From: an uncultured bacterium
GTDB taxonomy: Bacteria > Babelota > Babeliae > Babelales > Babelaceae
Reading direction: 5' to 3'
Length of the DNA stretch: 64,000 nucleotides
Assembly: GCA_963717435.1 (NCBI GenBank)
Contig: OY970332.1
Location: 384,001-448,000 of the forward strand
Shown: positions 30,826 through 41,019 of the stretch, piece after piece
Position numbering within the stretch: the first letter of the stretch is position 1
Layout: each line of letters starts with the position of its first letter
Position numbers and translations under genes: made by a program
The notes under the pieces: generated by a model
The model's input: the letters and a program-made list of their open reading frames with translations, nothing else
What the model was told of the DNA's origin: nothing
The model's database searches: none

Positions 30826-31515
30826 ATGAAAAAAATTATTTATCTACTTATTTTTAACGCCTTAAATTCAATTGCTATGTCTTCTCAAGATAAATATCAA
30901 AAATTTACAGATGCCATAATCAATAACCAACAAGACAAAGCTAAATCCATGCTGGAGGGTTCAATTAAGCCCAACGTCTGTCTGAGTTATCAGGGCAAGT
31001 TATTGCTATGCATCTCGGTTGCATTAAAAAATAAAAATATCGATATGGCCCGCCTACTAACTAAAGTTTTAACAGACAAAATAAGCACACAAGAAGAGCG
31101 TTCCATATGGGAGAATCCATTTACATCAGCATTTCAAGATGCTGCTAACGAGGGAAATATAGAATTAATTGATCAATTAATGTTGCTACCAATTCCTGAT
31201 CGCATCAAAAAAATTGGGTGCGGCATTGCATATTCTTTAAGTATTTCCCAAAATCATTCTTCTGTAATTAAAAAATTGTTTGATAACTATGAAGATTATT
31301 TAGAAGACCCATGTTTTTGTGCCTCATTTGAATGGGCCGCTATATGTTTTCCCGAAAAGCACAATGAAATTTTAGATATTATATTAAGCAATTATAGTGG
31401 ATTATCTAACTTTAAGGAGCTGATAAAATCCGGCCGCTTAAATTATCCCGATAGAAAACAGCAATATATAGATTTATTAAATCGATATGAAAAAAAAGCC
31501 GCACAGGAATTATGA
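30826..31515 (+). CDS. Secreted degenerate ankyrin-repeat protein
   Basis: Signal then MSSQ; AFQDAANEGNIELIDQLM, KNIDMARLL. Confidence 0.65.
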   Translation: MKKIIYLLIFNALNSIAMSSQDKYQKFTDAIINNQQDKAKSMLEGSIKPNVCLSYQGKLLLCISVALKNKNIDMARLLTKVLTDKISTQEERSIWENPFTSAFQDAANEGNIELIDQLMLLPIPDRIKKIGCGIAYSLSISQNHSSVIKKLFDNYEDYLEDPCFCASFEWAAICFPEKHNEILDIILSNYSGLSNFKELIKSGRLNYPDRKQQYIDLLNRYEKKAAQEL

Positions 31516-31534
31516 TTAAAGATTATTTGTAAAT

Positions 31535-32215
31535 CTATATAAAATTTTCTAGTACAAGCAAGTTCTTCAACTTTTCTGCTTGAATACAAGCATCCCCAAA
31601 TTCTTGTTTAAAATTAATAAGCTTTATAGAATGCTTTTTGCAATGTTCTATGGTTGCGTCTGCGATATATTTTTTATTAAAAGCATACGATTCCAAAAAT
31701 CCTGGAAGTTTATCCCAATCTCTTCCTCTTGCTTTAAGAAAAAGTTTCCAATCACTAATATCTATATCAAGAAGAACTACGCAATCAGCATCTGGAAAAA
31801 CATTTTGATCTAATTTATTAATTTGCAAAAGTATATCTAAATAGGGATCATTCAAGGGGACGAGCCATTCCATTCCGGGCTTATTTAAATAGTAACCAAA
31901 AATTTTAAAGAAATAAGTATCTATAAACACGATTTTATCTTTTGCTAAATCTGCTGCATCAAGATACATTTTGGCCCACATTTGGCGAAACTCCAACATC
32001 GCTGTAGACGCACCATAAAAATCTCTTTTTAAGATTATCTCCGTCCAATTGCATTCCTCAGGCTCCTCAACGCAAGAAGCATTTATTGTTTTCGAAAGCG
32101 CTCTTGCCATTGTGGACTTTCCACTTCCTGAGAGTCCGGAGAATGCTATAATTTTGCCCTTATTTGCACTTATTTGATTTAAAAATAAAATAAGAAATAT
32201 AGCTATTTTTTTCAT
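31535..32215 (-). CDS. Deoxynucleoside-kinase-like P-loop protein with signal peptide
   Basis: IIAFSGLSGSGKSTMA, VEEPE, FIDT, PDADCVVLLD, LKARGR. Confidence 0.7.
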   Translation of the reverse strand: MKKIAIFLILFLNQISANKGKIIAFSGLSGSGKSTMARALSKTINASCVEEPEECNWTEIILKRDFYGASTAMLEFRQMWAKMYLDAADLAKDKIVFIDTYFFKIFGYYLNKPGMEWLVPLNDPYLDILLQINKLDQNVFPDADCVVLLDIDISDWKLFLKARGRDWDKLPGFLESYAFNKKYIADATIEHCKKHSIKLINFKQEFGDACIQAEKLKNLLVLENFI

Positions 32216-32360
32216 TTTTAATCCTCACTGATTCTTACTATATAAAATTATATTTATTTTATTCTTTAAAAATAAAGTTGTCCCGAAATATTGAATTTTA
32301 AAATTACAATAATGTAGACTTATATTTGAGTCGACCAATACGTTCTAGGATGGGGATATT

Positions 32361-32861
32361 ATGATAAGAAAAAAATATTTAATAATAACTATTTTAATAA
32401 CTATATTTTTCACTTCTTCAGTGAAAACTTTGACAATTCTTAACTATACAGACTTTGAAGGCTCCATAAAATTACAAGAAGTTAAATCTGGGTTTAATAC
32501 TATTGAAAAATCAGAAAATTTATCTCAGCAGCTGTTCATTAAACCGAATTCTAAAATTTCCATAGAGATCGTCCCTAGTAAAATTCTTAAATTTGATGCC
32601 TCTTTTCAAAAGAAAAGAAAGTGGGTTATAGGGTTTTTAGCTTACATACTCAATCCAATTAGTGATGAATTTGATATGACGGCAACAATTGGAAAAGATG
32701 ATAAAAGTATAAATTCTCCAACGATAGATAATAATTGGGCATTAGCTTTAATAGAAAATGAGACTACCGGTGGAATAACCATCTTGGCTTTAGATCCTGA
32801 AGCGAAAGAATTTTATCTCAAAAAATTTAGTCCGCTCACTGAGACATCAATTAAAACTTAG
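32361..32861 (+). CDS. Secreted hypothetical protein
   Basis: Signal peptide; beta-rich body. Confidence 0.6.
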   Translation: MIRKKYLIITILITIFFTSSVKTLTILNYTDFEGSIKLQEVKSGFNTIEKSENLSQQLFIKPNSKISIEIVPSKILKFDASFQKKRKWVIGFLAYILNPISDEFDMTATIGKDDKSINSPTIDNNWALALIENETTGGITILALDPEAKEFYLKKFSPLTETSIKT

Positions 32862-32966
32862 CAGAAGAAATATCGTCAGGCACCCAATTTCTATGTTTTT
32901 TTAAAAATAATCTTTTCATGTTATTATAGAAACATAAACTAATTAAAATAATTATTTGGGTGAATT

Positions 32967-33314
32967 ATGAAAAAACTTTTTATAGTAACTATCTTGTTTT
33001 CACTTTCAACACAAACGGTAAAACTACAATCTATAGAAATGTTAGTAATTCAATTCCGACAAGAAAGAATAGATTTCCCTGAGGGAACTGTAATTTATGG
33101 GTTCATAAATGAATTAGCTGATAAAGATTTAACACCAGAAGAGATGGTTAAGGAATTTAAAAATCATTGCAACCAAACAATGCCTTCGGATGTTCCATTG
33201 TCAACAAAAGTAAGTTTTACAAGATTATTTCTTAAAATACTAATTTCAAAAAATGGGACTCAAGAAGAGCTTGTTAAAATCCTTACACCAGGATGGATTG
33301 ATAAAAATTGGTGA
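32967..33314 (+). CDS. Secreted hypothetical protein
   Basis: 115 aa with signal peptide. Confidence 0.55.
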   Translation: MKKLFIVTILFSLSTQTVKLQSIEMLVIQFRQERIDFPEGTVIYGFINELADKDLTPEEMVKEFKNHCNQTMPSDVPLSTKVSFTRLFLKILISKNGTQEELVKILTPGWIDKNW

Positions 33315-33318
33315 AGTT

Positions 33319-33945
33319 CTAAAACTCATAGGCAAGACCGGCTCCAAATGTGAGGCCGCTAATTTGTACGCGAGCGCCCTGAGAATTTGGTATAGTGCTC
33401 TTGTAGCACAGTCGCCCGTATGAGTATTCACCAAACAGGTCCAATTTAAGACACTCATGTAGACTAAACATAAATCCTGTATTAACAAAAAGTCCCCAGC
33501 CATTAGAGCGCATATTTGGTGATACGTAAGTCGAATTATTATGCACTCTTGTAATAAAATATCGAGGTCCAAAAGTAAAATAATAACTGCTGGTTTTCTC
33601 ACAGTTTAGGTCAAACACAGGTTGCAATCCCAGACTTAATGGGACCGCCCATATGGATGTGTGTTGATTTCCCGCTAAAGAGCAACCTGATTTTTTAAAA
33701 TATTCTACGCTTCCATAAATACGTAAATAATTGATTATAGGGTATCCCCCGGAAACTTGAAAATCAAAACCGTCGCGATTATAAACTTTGGACATTGGAG
33801 AAGTGACGAAGAAAAAATATCCAAATTTAGTTTCTACATACGGATCCGGCTTGTTGCAAATTACTGCAGATATGTGAAAAAAATATGAACAAAAACAAAG
33901 TAGAGAAAAAAAATTAAGTTTAATTATATTATTTTTATTTTTCAT
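33319..33945 (-). CDS. Outer-membrane beta-barrel protein
   Basis: Signal peptide, alternating aromatic beta-strands, C-terminal GLAYEF. Confidence 0.8.
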   Translation of the reverse strand: MKNKNNIIKLNFFSLLCFCSYFFHISAVICNKPDPYVETKFGYFFFVTSPMSKVYNRDGFDFQVSGGYPIINYLRIYGSVEYFKKSGCSLAGNQHTSIWAVPLSLGLQPVFDLNCEKTSSYYFTFGPRYFITRVHNNSTYVSPNMRSNGWGLFVNTGFMFSLHECLKLDLFGEYSYGRLCYKSTIPNSQGARVQISGLTFGAGLAYEF

Positions 33946-33970
33946 TATTATCTCGCTTTATAATTATTGT

Positions 33971-35266
33971 TTATAATTTATAATTTACAGTAACTGAGGG
34001 TGCATAGCTTGTGCTGCCTGCATTATTAAAAGCTTGTAATGTATAAGTACTGTTTTGTTTAAGTGGTTGATTATGATCCTGATAGGTGACAGCTGTTGGA
34101 GCAAGCGTCGAAATAACCTGACCATTTCGTGTTAAGGTGTACCCATTGATCTCTGAAACAGAAGATCCCCATGAGAGAGCATTAAAATGTTCTTGCGCAA
34201 CTCCAAAATTATTAATTTTTTGTACGCCTGAAAAATATAATGGCTGAAACAAAGGTGCGATTGTAACTCCCTCCGGACATGGGGCGTTCCCATTTATTCC
34301 GGGTATGGAAATTGTACCTACCTGTTGATTAGATTGCGTGCTAATTATTCCAATAAGTCCTGGAATTGTTCCAAAATTTCCTGAAAAATAGGCATAATTA
34401 CCATCGGGAGTGATACCGATTGCTTGAAGACCTCCAAAAGTAACCGGAATGGTAGCGACAGTTTGACCATTTCTGGTGTCCACAACAAAAACATAAGAAT
34501 TAAGAACATCTACCGTATAAATATAAAAACCATTTGGAGTAACAGCAAGCCCACCAAGTGAGTCGCCAGCACCAGGGCCTGTCAGATTAATCGAAGAAAC
34601 TGCATACGAAGCAGTGTTTATAACAGTTATTGTAGCCGGAGAGCTTTCATTTGACACATAGGCGTAATTCCCATCAGGACTAAAGACGATTCCAAATGGA
34701 TTATTAAAAATACCGGTAACAGTTTTTACGATCGAATTTGTTTGCGTCGAAACAACATATAAATTACCATCATTTCCCATAGCATATGCGTACTCACCAT
34801 TGGGCGTAATGGCCACATTAAAGGGGTAACTATTGGATGGAAAATTAATAACTGCCACAACAGTATTAGTAGCCGTGTTAATCACTGTTGCATTATTTGT
34901 TGTATTATCGCCACATATAACAACATACGCATACTTTCCATCAGGAGTGATTGCAACATCTTGAGGGAAAGAGCTGCCTGTAGCTGGTAAAGATATTGTT
35001 GCATAAGGAACATTATGTACCGCGTCAATTACGCTTACAGTATATTCACCAGAATTGGTAACATATAAATATTTTCCATCAGGTGTAAGCGCAGATGAGC
35101 TTGGATTTGCCCCAACGGGAATCGTGGCCACAATCGCATTTGATGCCGTGTTAATTACGCTGATTGTATTCGTGCCAAAATCGCATATATAAGCCATCGG
35201 AGGAATAGCAGTTAATACAGAACTATAAAAAAGCAATAAGAAAGACAATATTACCTTGTGATACAT
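33971..35266 (-). CDS. YVTN/YncE beta-propeller repeat protein with FN3-like tail
   Basis: Repeated P..VAITPDGKYAYV....TVSVI.T.TN.VVATI; tail LSW...GY...RNG...Y.D...YTLQA. Confidence 0.85.
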   Translation of the reverse strand: MYHKVILSFLLLFYSSVLTAIPPMAYICDFGTNTISVINTASNAIVATIPVGANPSSSALTPDGKYLYVTNSGEYTVSVIDAVHNVPYATISLPATGSSFPQDVAITPDGKYAYVVICGDNTTNNATVINTATNTVVAVINFPSNSYPFNVAITPNGEYAYAMGNDGNLYVVSTQTNSIVKTVTGIFNNPFGIVFSPDGNYAYVSNESSPATITVINTASYAVSSINLTGPGAGDSLGGLAVTPNGFYIYTVDVLNSYVFVVDTRNGQTVATIPVTFGGLQAIGITPDGNYAYFSGNFGTIPGLIGIISTQSNQQVGTISIPGINGNAPCPEGVTIAPLFQPLYFSGVQKINNFGVAQEHFNALSWGSSVSEINGYTLTRNGQVISTLAPTAVTYQDHNQPLKQNSTYTLQAFNNAGSTSYAPSVTVNYKL

Positions 35267-35458
35267 AATTTTTTATTCCCTCAAAAAAATTTCAAAATAT
35301 TGACGAAGCATAGCTCGAAAACATAACTAAGGCAATGCCCTCGTTTTTGCATAAAAACTTTCTGCTATACTCTATTAACGCGCCAATTTTCAGAATATAA
35401 TAGTATTGTTTTCAAAAGTTATAATCGAAAAGCTAAAAAACAACAGCGAGAATTTTTC

Positions 35459-36529
35459 ATGAAAAAAGTAATATTGATTTTTAGTTTAGTTATCCCGACT
35501 AGTTCGATCAAAAGTATGGATAGACTTACCAATATCAATAACAAAATAGAATCTAAAAAAACAAAAGTTTTAGCTATTCCAGATGCAAATGACATGGGCA
35601 GTGAAGCCGATTATATCGCAGAGATCTTGGGTGAAAATCAAGTCAGAGTAAAAAAAGTGTACAACCCAAAATGGCCTGACTTGGGGCAAGATAAATGCAT
35701 AAAATATTTGAAATATGAAATTGACACTTCTAATAAAACAGAAAAAATTATAATTCATGCAACGGGACAAGGCACCGCCACTGCTTTAAATTATCTTGGA
35801 GACGATAAAGATGCACATAAAATTGATGGGTTAATTTTAGAATCTGTAATCGCAAGTGGCAATCAATATATAATAGATCTTCTAAAGTCATCCAACTCTA
35901 CATTTGTAAATTGGCCGTTGGCATATTACTGGTTGCCATATATTTCAATGGTCAGATGCTTTGTTCCATCATATTCACCATCTGGCAAACAGGCTATCAA
36001 ATCTATTAGGTCGATACCAATAAATATACCCGTTATAATTATCAACACCAAAAGAGATACTCAGGCATATGATGCCGCATCTGCGTTATATTATGGTCTA
36101 AAAGAACATGGTAACTATGTATATTTAATTGGCGACTCAAAGACAAGAAGTGTACGACTTATCGAATCTCTTGAAGAAAAAAATCTTATTCAAAGTATTT
36201 TGAAAAATCATAAATTAATTAAAGGCAAAAAGAAGCAGGAAGAAACAGATTTAAGCGTGACTAAACCAGACCGCAGACTATCCAAAAAGATTTATGATGA
36301 TCTGCTTTCTAAAGAATATAAACATGAAGGAATAAAGCTCCTGGTTATTTCTGCCATCGTTGTCATTGTCGGGTCAGTTTTAATAATAATAGTTTGTAAA
36401 GTTTTAATAAAAGTAATGGAAGAAGATACATTTCCAGATCATATTGATTCGACAACACTTGATGAAAAATTCTTAGAACAAGAAAAACTTTTAGATCAGT
36501 CTATTCTATTTTTAAAAAAGGTGGGGTGA
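35459..36529 (+). CDS. Secreted degenerate alpha/beta-hydrolase-like protein with TM segment
   Basis: IIIHATGQGTATALNY, IDGLILES, IPVIII; no Ser in the elbow. Confidence 0.65.
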   Translation: MKKVILIFSLVIPTSSIKSMDRLTNINNKIESKKTKVLAIPDANDMGSEADYIAEILGENQVRVKKVYNPKWPDLGQDKCIKYLKYEIDTSNKTEKIIIHATGQGTATALNYLGDDKDAHKIDGLILESVIASGNQYIIDLLKSSNSTFVNWPLAYYWLPYISMVRCFVPSYSPSGKQAIKSIRSIPINIPVIIINTKRDTQAYDAASALYYGLKEHGNYVYLIGDSKTRSVRLIESLEEKNLIQSILKNHKLIKGKKKQEETDLSVTKPDRRLSKKIYDDLLSKEYKHEGIKLLVISAIVVIVGSVLIIIVCKVLIKVMEEDTFPDHIDSTTLDEKFLEQEKLLDQSILFLKKVG

Positions 36530-36550
36530 AGCCCGCCGGAGGCACTTTTT

Positions 36551-37330
36551 ATGAAAATACCATTAACAATTTTGATTTTTGCTATCAGTTTAAACTTAAT
36601 GGGAATGGATAATAATGTTTCTAAAAATCAACAAGAAATAGTTAATTCTACTTCTGATCAGTTATTTACAGATATTAACCGTCTACACAGCTATGCGCAT
36701 ATACCCAAAGAGCTTAAGAATTTAAAGAAAAAATTAAATTCTGAATTTATGAAAGAAGCTAAAATTAACGATTTAGTTTCATACATTTATTATCCTAGTA
36801 TAGTTATCGGCGGCCATTCTGAAGTAGAAGCGGAAGGAATTTGTGCTGATATTGATTTTTTTAAAAAAACAAAGTTATTAGACCACAGATTGCGTAAAAT
36901 TCGTAGAGCAGCGTCTTCAGAAATGAATTTCCCATTTTTTCGTTATGTTATTGCAGTAACTCCAGAACAACTGGCAAAATTAAGAGAAAATATCAGCGAA
37001 AGCACTCCAGGCCATTGTGCTTTTGCTTCGCTTACAAAACTTTCAAAAAATTGTAATTATAATGTGCCATTTTTATTTAAACTACCGCCGCCATTGGCCT
37101 CTGGGTTATACCTACACTGTGCAAAAGCCTTGGGATCAAAAAGAATTTCCAAAATAGAATTTTACGGCAATGAAAATCGGATAAAAAATCTAATAATATT
37201 ACCAGGAGTTCTTACAGACTCTATTGTTATATTAGGAGTGACAGGCATACTAGTAGTAATAATTGTTACTACTGTGTTATTAAGCAACATAGATACAAAT
37301 AGTACTTGCTCAATCGAAGAATATCAATAA
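36551..37330 (+). CDS. Secreted hypothetical protein with C-terminal TM
   Basis: Signal then MDNN; hydrophobic tail. Confidence 0.65.
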   Translation: MKIPLTILIFAISLNLMGMDNNVSKNQQEIVNSTSDQLFTDINRLHSYAHIPKELKNLKKKLNSEFMKEAKINDLVSYIYYPSIVIGGHSEVEAEGICADIDFFKKTKLLDHRLRKIRRAASSEMNFPFFRYVIAVTPEQLAKLRENISESTPGHCAFASLTKLSKNCNYNVPFLFKLPPPLASGLYLHCAKALGSKRISKIEFYGNENRIKNLIILPGVLTDSIVILGVTGILVVIIVTTVLLSNIDTNSTCSIEEYQ

Positions 37331-37491
37331 ATTATTTAGATATTAAATTAAGTAATATATTTCAAAAAACAACAGGAAATCGCATGAAAAAATTTATTTC
37401 AATATTACTTTAAAAAAACGCATATGATATTTATAAAAAATTTAGCAAAATATTGTTATCATCAACACACAAGAATTGGAAGGACAATTTT

Positions 37492-38016
37492 ATGTTCAAA
37501 AAAATATTTTTACTGGGAAGTTTTATTTTTGTAAATTCGGCCGTGCCAATGGAGAATCAAATCAATAGCCGAAATGTTTTTGGCCATACTCCTCTGCATT
37601 ATTGCTCAATGTTGCCTGAAGAAATAATTAATTGCTATTTGCCGCATAAGGATGAGCCCCTGGCGGCATTATTGATAAGCCACCAACAGTCGCTTATAAA
37701 TGATTTACCAAAGCGTGACGCGGCTTCGTCAAATTTTGCTGGGAAGGGATATTGGATGGGAGCAGATATTTATATTAAAGATAATTCAGGATTAAGCGCT
37801 TGGGATTATGCCCAAAAAAATAAAAACAAGCTACCTAATGTATTTAAAGTATTTAATGCGGTGAATATTATTAATACTGCAAAAGGCAAGTTGCCTAAAA
37901 CGGATAGCAATGGTGCATATTCTTGGGACCAACTTGCAAATATGCACCCCATGTCAGATCAAGAACTTATTCAATGGGCAGAGGCAGAAGCTGTACTAGC
38001 TCCTTATAAAAATTAA
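37492..38016 (+). CDS. Secreted ankyrin-like protein
   Basis: Signal then MENQ; INSRNVFGHTPLHY, GADIYIKDNSGLSAWDYA. Confidence 0.7.
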   Translation: MFKKIFLLGSFIFVNSAVPMENQINSRNVFGHTPLHYCSMLPEEIINCYLPHKDEPLAALLISHQQSLINDLPKRDAASSNFAGKGYWMGADIYIKDNSGLSAWDYAQKNKNKLPNVFKVFNAVNIINTAKGKLPKTDSNGAYSWDQLANMHPMSDQELIQWAEAEAVLAPYKN

Positions 38017-38020
38017 AATT

Positions 38021-38139
38021 GCTCTTGTAGCATAGGCGCCCACAAGAGTATTCACCAAACAGGTCTAATTTAAGACACTCACGTAGAGTAAACATAAATC
38101 CTGTATTAACAAAAAGTCCCCAGCCATTAGAGCTCATAT
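38021..38139 (-). pseudogene. Diverged internal fragment of the beta-barrel gene (copy of 33397..33515)
   Basis: Co-linear 119-bp match with scattered substitutions. Confidence 0.8.
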
Positions 38140-38185
38140 GCGCTGATATGTAAAGTGTTTCGATTTTTTAAATTAAAAAAATAAG

Positions 38186-38893
38186 TTACTTACTATTTAA
38201 GCTAATTGCCTCAATCTCAACATGATCTTGATAATTGTGCTCGTTTATTGCCAGCTCAATATATGGTGGATATTTTTGTATCGTTGTTACGCCACAGGAT
38301 ACTAGAAAACTTTTTAAAAATCTTATCCCATCAAGATAAGACTTAGCAGGAGATTTAAGCTCTACTTCTATAAAAGTGCCCATTAATTTCATGTGTTCCG
38401 GTTCTGAAAATGTATCAAAAACCATCTCTATCTTTGATCCTCCATGTAAAATATCATATTTAATTCGTCGTTTTTTTAATTTAATTTTTTCACTGGAAGT
38501 TGTCCCGTATCCCAGATTTTGTAAAATCGCATCCATAGTTTCTGTGTTTTCTATTTTCACTTCATGTTCAATAACTGCGCCTGCAGATCGCTTTTTTAGA
38601 GTAATAAACGAACCTTTTGGCGTTTTGCGCAAGCGAAGATAATTGGACATTTTTTTATATCCGTCCAATTCTATTTTGGGTATGCAACTTGGCCCCATAA
38701 AATATGTTTCGGACATCTCAACAGTTGTGGGTTCATTTGCTTCTAATATTTTTTGCAGCGTGGCCGATTGGCCAGGCAAAATCTTAAATTTTAGTTCTAT
38801 TTCCTGGGGTTCATTAGAGTTATTGGGCTCATTTAAATCCATGCAAAAAGACGAAGTAGAACAAACTAAAAGCGAGAAAATATATTTTTTCAT
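38186..38893 (-). CDS. CYTH-domain (class IV adenylate cyclase/triphosphatase family) protein with signal peptide
   Basis: EIELKF, LRLRK, ITLK, EHEV, LGY, KKRR, FIEVE. Confidence 0.8.
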   Translation of the reverse strand: MKKYIFSLLVCSTSSFCMDLNEPNNSNEPQEIELKFKILPGQSATLQKILEANEPTTVEMSETYFMGPSCIPKIELDGYKKMSNYLRLRKTPKGSFITLKKRSAGAVIEHEVKIENTETMDAILQNLGYGTTSSEKIKLKKRRIKYDILHGGSKIEMVFDTFSEPEHMKLMGTFIEVELKSPAKSYLDGIRFLKSFLVSCGVTTIQKYPPYIELAINEHNYQDHVEIEAISLNSK

Positions 38894-39125
38894 GTGGGTC
38901 CTAAAAAATCTGTAATTTTTTTAATTTTTAAATTAAAGTTTTTTGATAATTATATACAAAATATAACAAGCAGCCAGCTTGAATTTTAAAGTTTGTCCGA
39001 AAATTAAATTAGCCTTTTCAAAGGGCGAGTTTTTCAGTTCAGAACTGTTTATTTTTAAATTGTGATAATATAATATATTTGTTATATTTATATGGTAACT
39101 TTTTTATTCTTAAAGTGAGAGTTTG

Positions 39126-39437
39126 ATGAGTAAAAGACCAACTTTTGATGAATTCAAAAAAAGAATGTTAAAAGATAAAGAAATTAAAGCAGAATATGAT
39201 TTACTAGAAGAAGAATTTGCCTTGCTTGAAAAATTCATCAAAGCAAGAAAAAAAGCTCGTTATTCTCAATTAGAACTTGCAAAGAAACTTAAACTTCAAC
39301 AACCATCTATTGCGCGCTTGGAAAAGGGCGGTTACTCAACAACCACTGTTGGTAAATTAGCTAGAGTTGCAGATGCCTTAGGCTATAAAATTAAAATTTC
39401 TTTATCGCCTAAAAAAGAATTGAAGAAAAAGTTGTAA
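39126..39437 (+). CDS. Orphan XRE HTH antitoxin-like regulator
   Basis: IKAEYDLLEEEF, SQLELAKKL...QPSIARLEKG. Confidence 0.8.
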   Translation: MSKRPTFDEFKKRMLKDKEIKAEYDLLEEEFALLEKFIKARKKARYSQLELAKKLKLQQPSIARLEKGGYSTTTVGKLARVADALGYKIKISLSPKKELKKKL

Positions 39438-39451
39438 TTTAAGCTAGCAAC

Positions 39452-39504
39452 TTAATTTTATTGGCATCGGCCGTAAGCCGGTGCCAATTTCATTGTTCTG
39501 TTTA
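39452..39504 (-). pseudogene. Remnant of a Rep gene homologous to 26054..26107
   Basis: First 19 nt identical (TTAATTTTATTGGCATCGG), remainder co-linear. Confidence 0.65.
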
Positions 39505-39506
39505 TA

Positions 39507-40898
39507 CTAATCCAAATCAAAATAATCTTCATATTTGGGGATAATCACAGTAAATCCAAAACGTTGTTCGATTTTTTCTTTTAAAGATTCAGCAGAAGCA
39601 GGTTCGCCGTGTGTGAGAAATATTTTTTTAGGTTTTTGCTCAAAACCGGACAGCCACTGCAATATATCGTTATAATCAGCATGAGCCGATAGCATGCTAA
39701 GTTTTTTTATCTGCGCTTTAACAATATGGGGGACGCCATAGATTCTTATCTTTTTTTCGCCGGAAATCAAAGCGTTACCGAGCGTGCCTTCTGCTTGATA
39801 GCCAACAAATAAAATCGTATTTTTCGGATCTGAAACAAATTTTTTTATATGATAAACCACTCGTCCACCGTCTGCCATACCGCTACCAGCTATAATTATC
39901 GCCGGATGCGTAAGATTATCTATTTCTTTCGATTCTTCGACAGTACGGATATATTTTGCAGTAGAAGTTAAATCTTGGCACAAAGACTGCTCCAAAAGGT
40001 GCTCTTCTTTGAATTTACAAAATAAGTTTGTTACTTCTATCGCCATCGGGCTATCCAAATATATTGGCAGATCTGGGATAGATTTATTTTTTTTCAGCAT
40101 ATAAAGACAATAAAGAAGCGTCTGAGTTCTCTCAACAGCAAAAGATGGGATCACAAGAACGCCATTTTTCTTAAAAGTACTGCTTATCACCTGCGCCAAC
40201 TCTTTAAATATGTCAGATTTGTCATGGACCCTGTCACCATAAGTTGATTCTAAAACTAAATAATCTGTCTGTTTAATATATGGCGGAGCTTTCATGAGCA
40301 ACTGGTGCTGCTGCCCCAAATCGCCCGAAAAAGTTAGCTTTTGATTGCCACCTGAAACTTCAACAAATGCTGAACCAAGAATATGGGATGAAAAAATCAA
40401 ATTAACAGTTAATGGCCCAATATTAATCGGGGAATTATAATCTATTGGATGAAAATATTGTAGAGACTTTTCAGCGTCTTCTATCGTATAAAGCGGCTTA
40501 ATTTCATGTGTATTATTTTGGTCCTGATTTTTGTGTCTGCTTTCATGCTTATTAATTAAATATGCATATTCTTCTTGCAAATTCCCACTATCCCGCAAAA
40601 CAATGGCGCTCAGCGCAGCTGTTGCCTTTGAGCAATAAATTGTTCCCTTAAAGCCATTTTTGATCAAAACTGGGATATATCCTGTATGATCCAGATGCGC
40701 ATGGGTCAAAACTATAGCATTGATTGTTCTAGGGTCCACTGGAAATGGGTCCCAATTCCGTTTGGCAATATGCCTTCCCTGAAACAGCCCGCAATCAACC
40801 AAAATTTTTGTATTTTCATGCTCAACTAAGTGTCTTGATCCTGTTACAACGCCATTAGAGCCCAAAAAGGTTATCTTCATTGTGATTGTCTTTGACAT
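39507..40898 (-). CDS. MBL-fold beta-CASP ribonuclease (Ysh1/CPSF-like)
   Basis: VTGS, DCGLFQG, THAHLDHTG, HILGS, FSGDLG, ESTYG, SAHAD, LTHGE. Confidence 0.9.
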   Translation of the reverse strand: MSKTITMKITFLGSNGVVTGSRHLVEHENTKILVDCGLFQGRHIAKRNWDPFPVDPRTINAIVLTHAHLDHTGYIPVLIKNGFKGTIYCSKATAALSAIVLRDSGNLQEEYAYLINKHESRHKNQDQNNTHEIKPLYTIEDAEKSLQYFHPIDYNSPINIGPLTVNLIFSSHILGSAFVEVSGGNQKLTFSGDLGQQHQLLMKAPPYIKQTDYLVLESTYGDRVHDKSDIFKELAQVISSTFKKNGVLVIPSFAVERTQTLLYCLYMLKKNKSIPDLPIYLDSPMAIEVTNLFCKFKEEHLLEQSLCQDLTSTAKYIRTVEESKEIDNLTHPAIIIAGSGMADGGRVVYHIKKFVSDPKNTILFVGYQAEGTLGNALISGEKKIRIYGVPHIVKAQIKKLSMLSAHADYNDILQWLSGFEQKPKKIFLTHGEPASAESLKEKIEQRFGFTVIIPKYEDYFDLD

Positions 40899-41019
40899 AA
40901 AAAACCAGTTTATTTTTACTCATCAGGGAGTTTTACATTTTTGGGATCCCATTGTAAATAGTTCTTGCAATCAACATGATCAGAGCATTTAAATTGGCAC
41001 TAAAGGGAATCTCGTGTGG

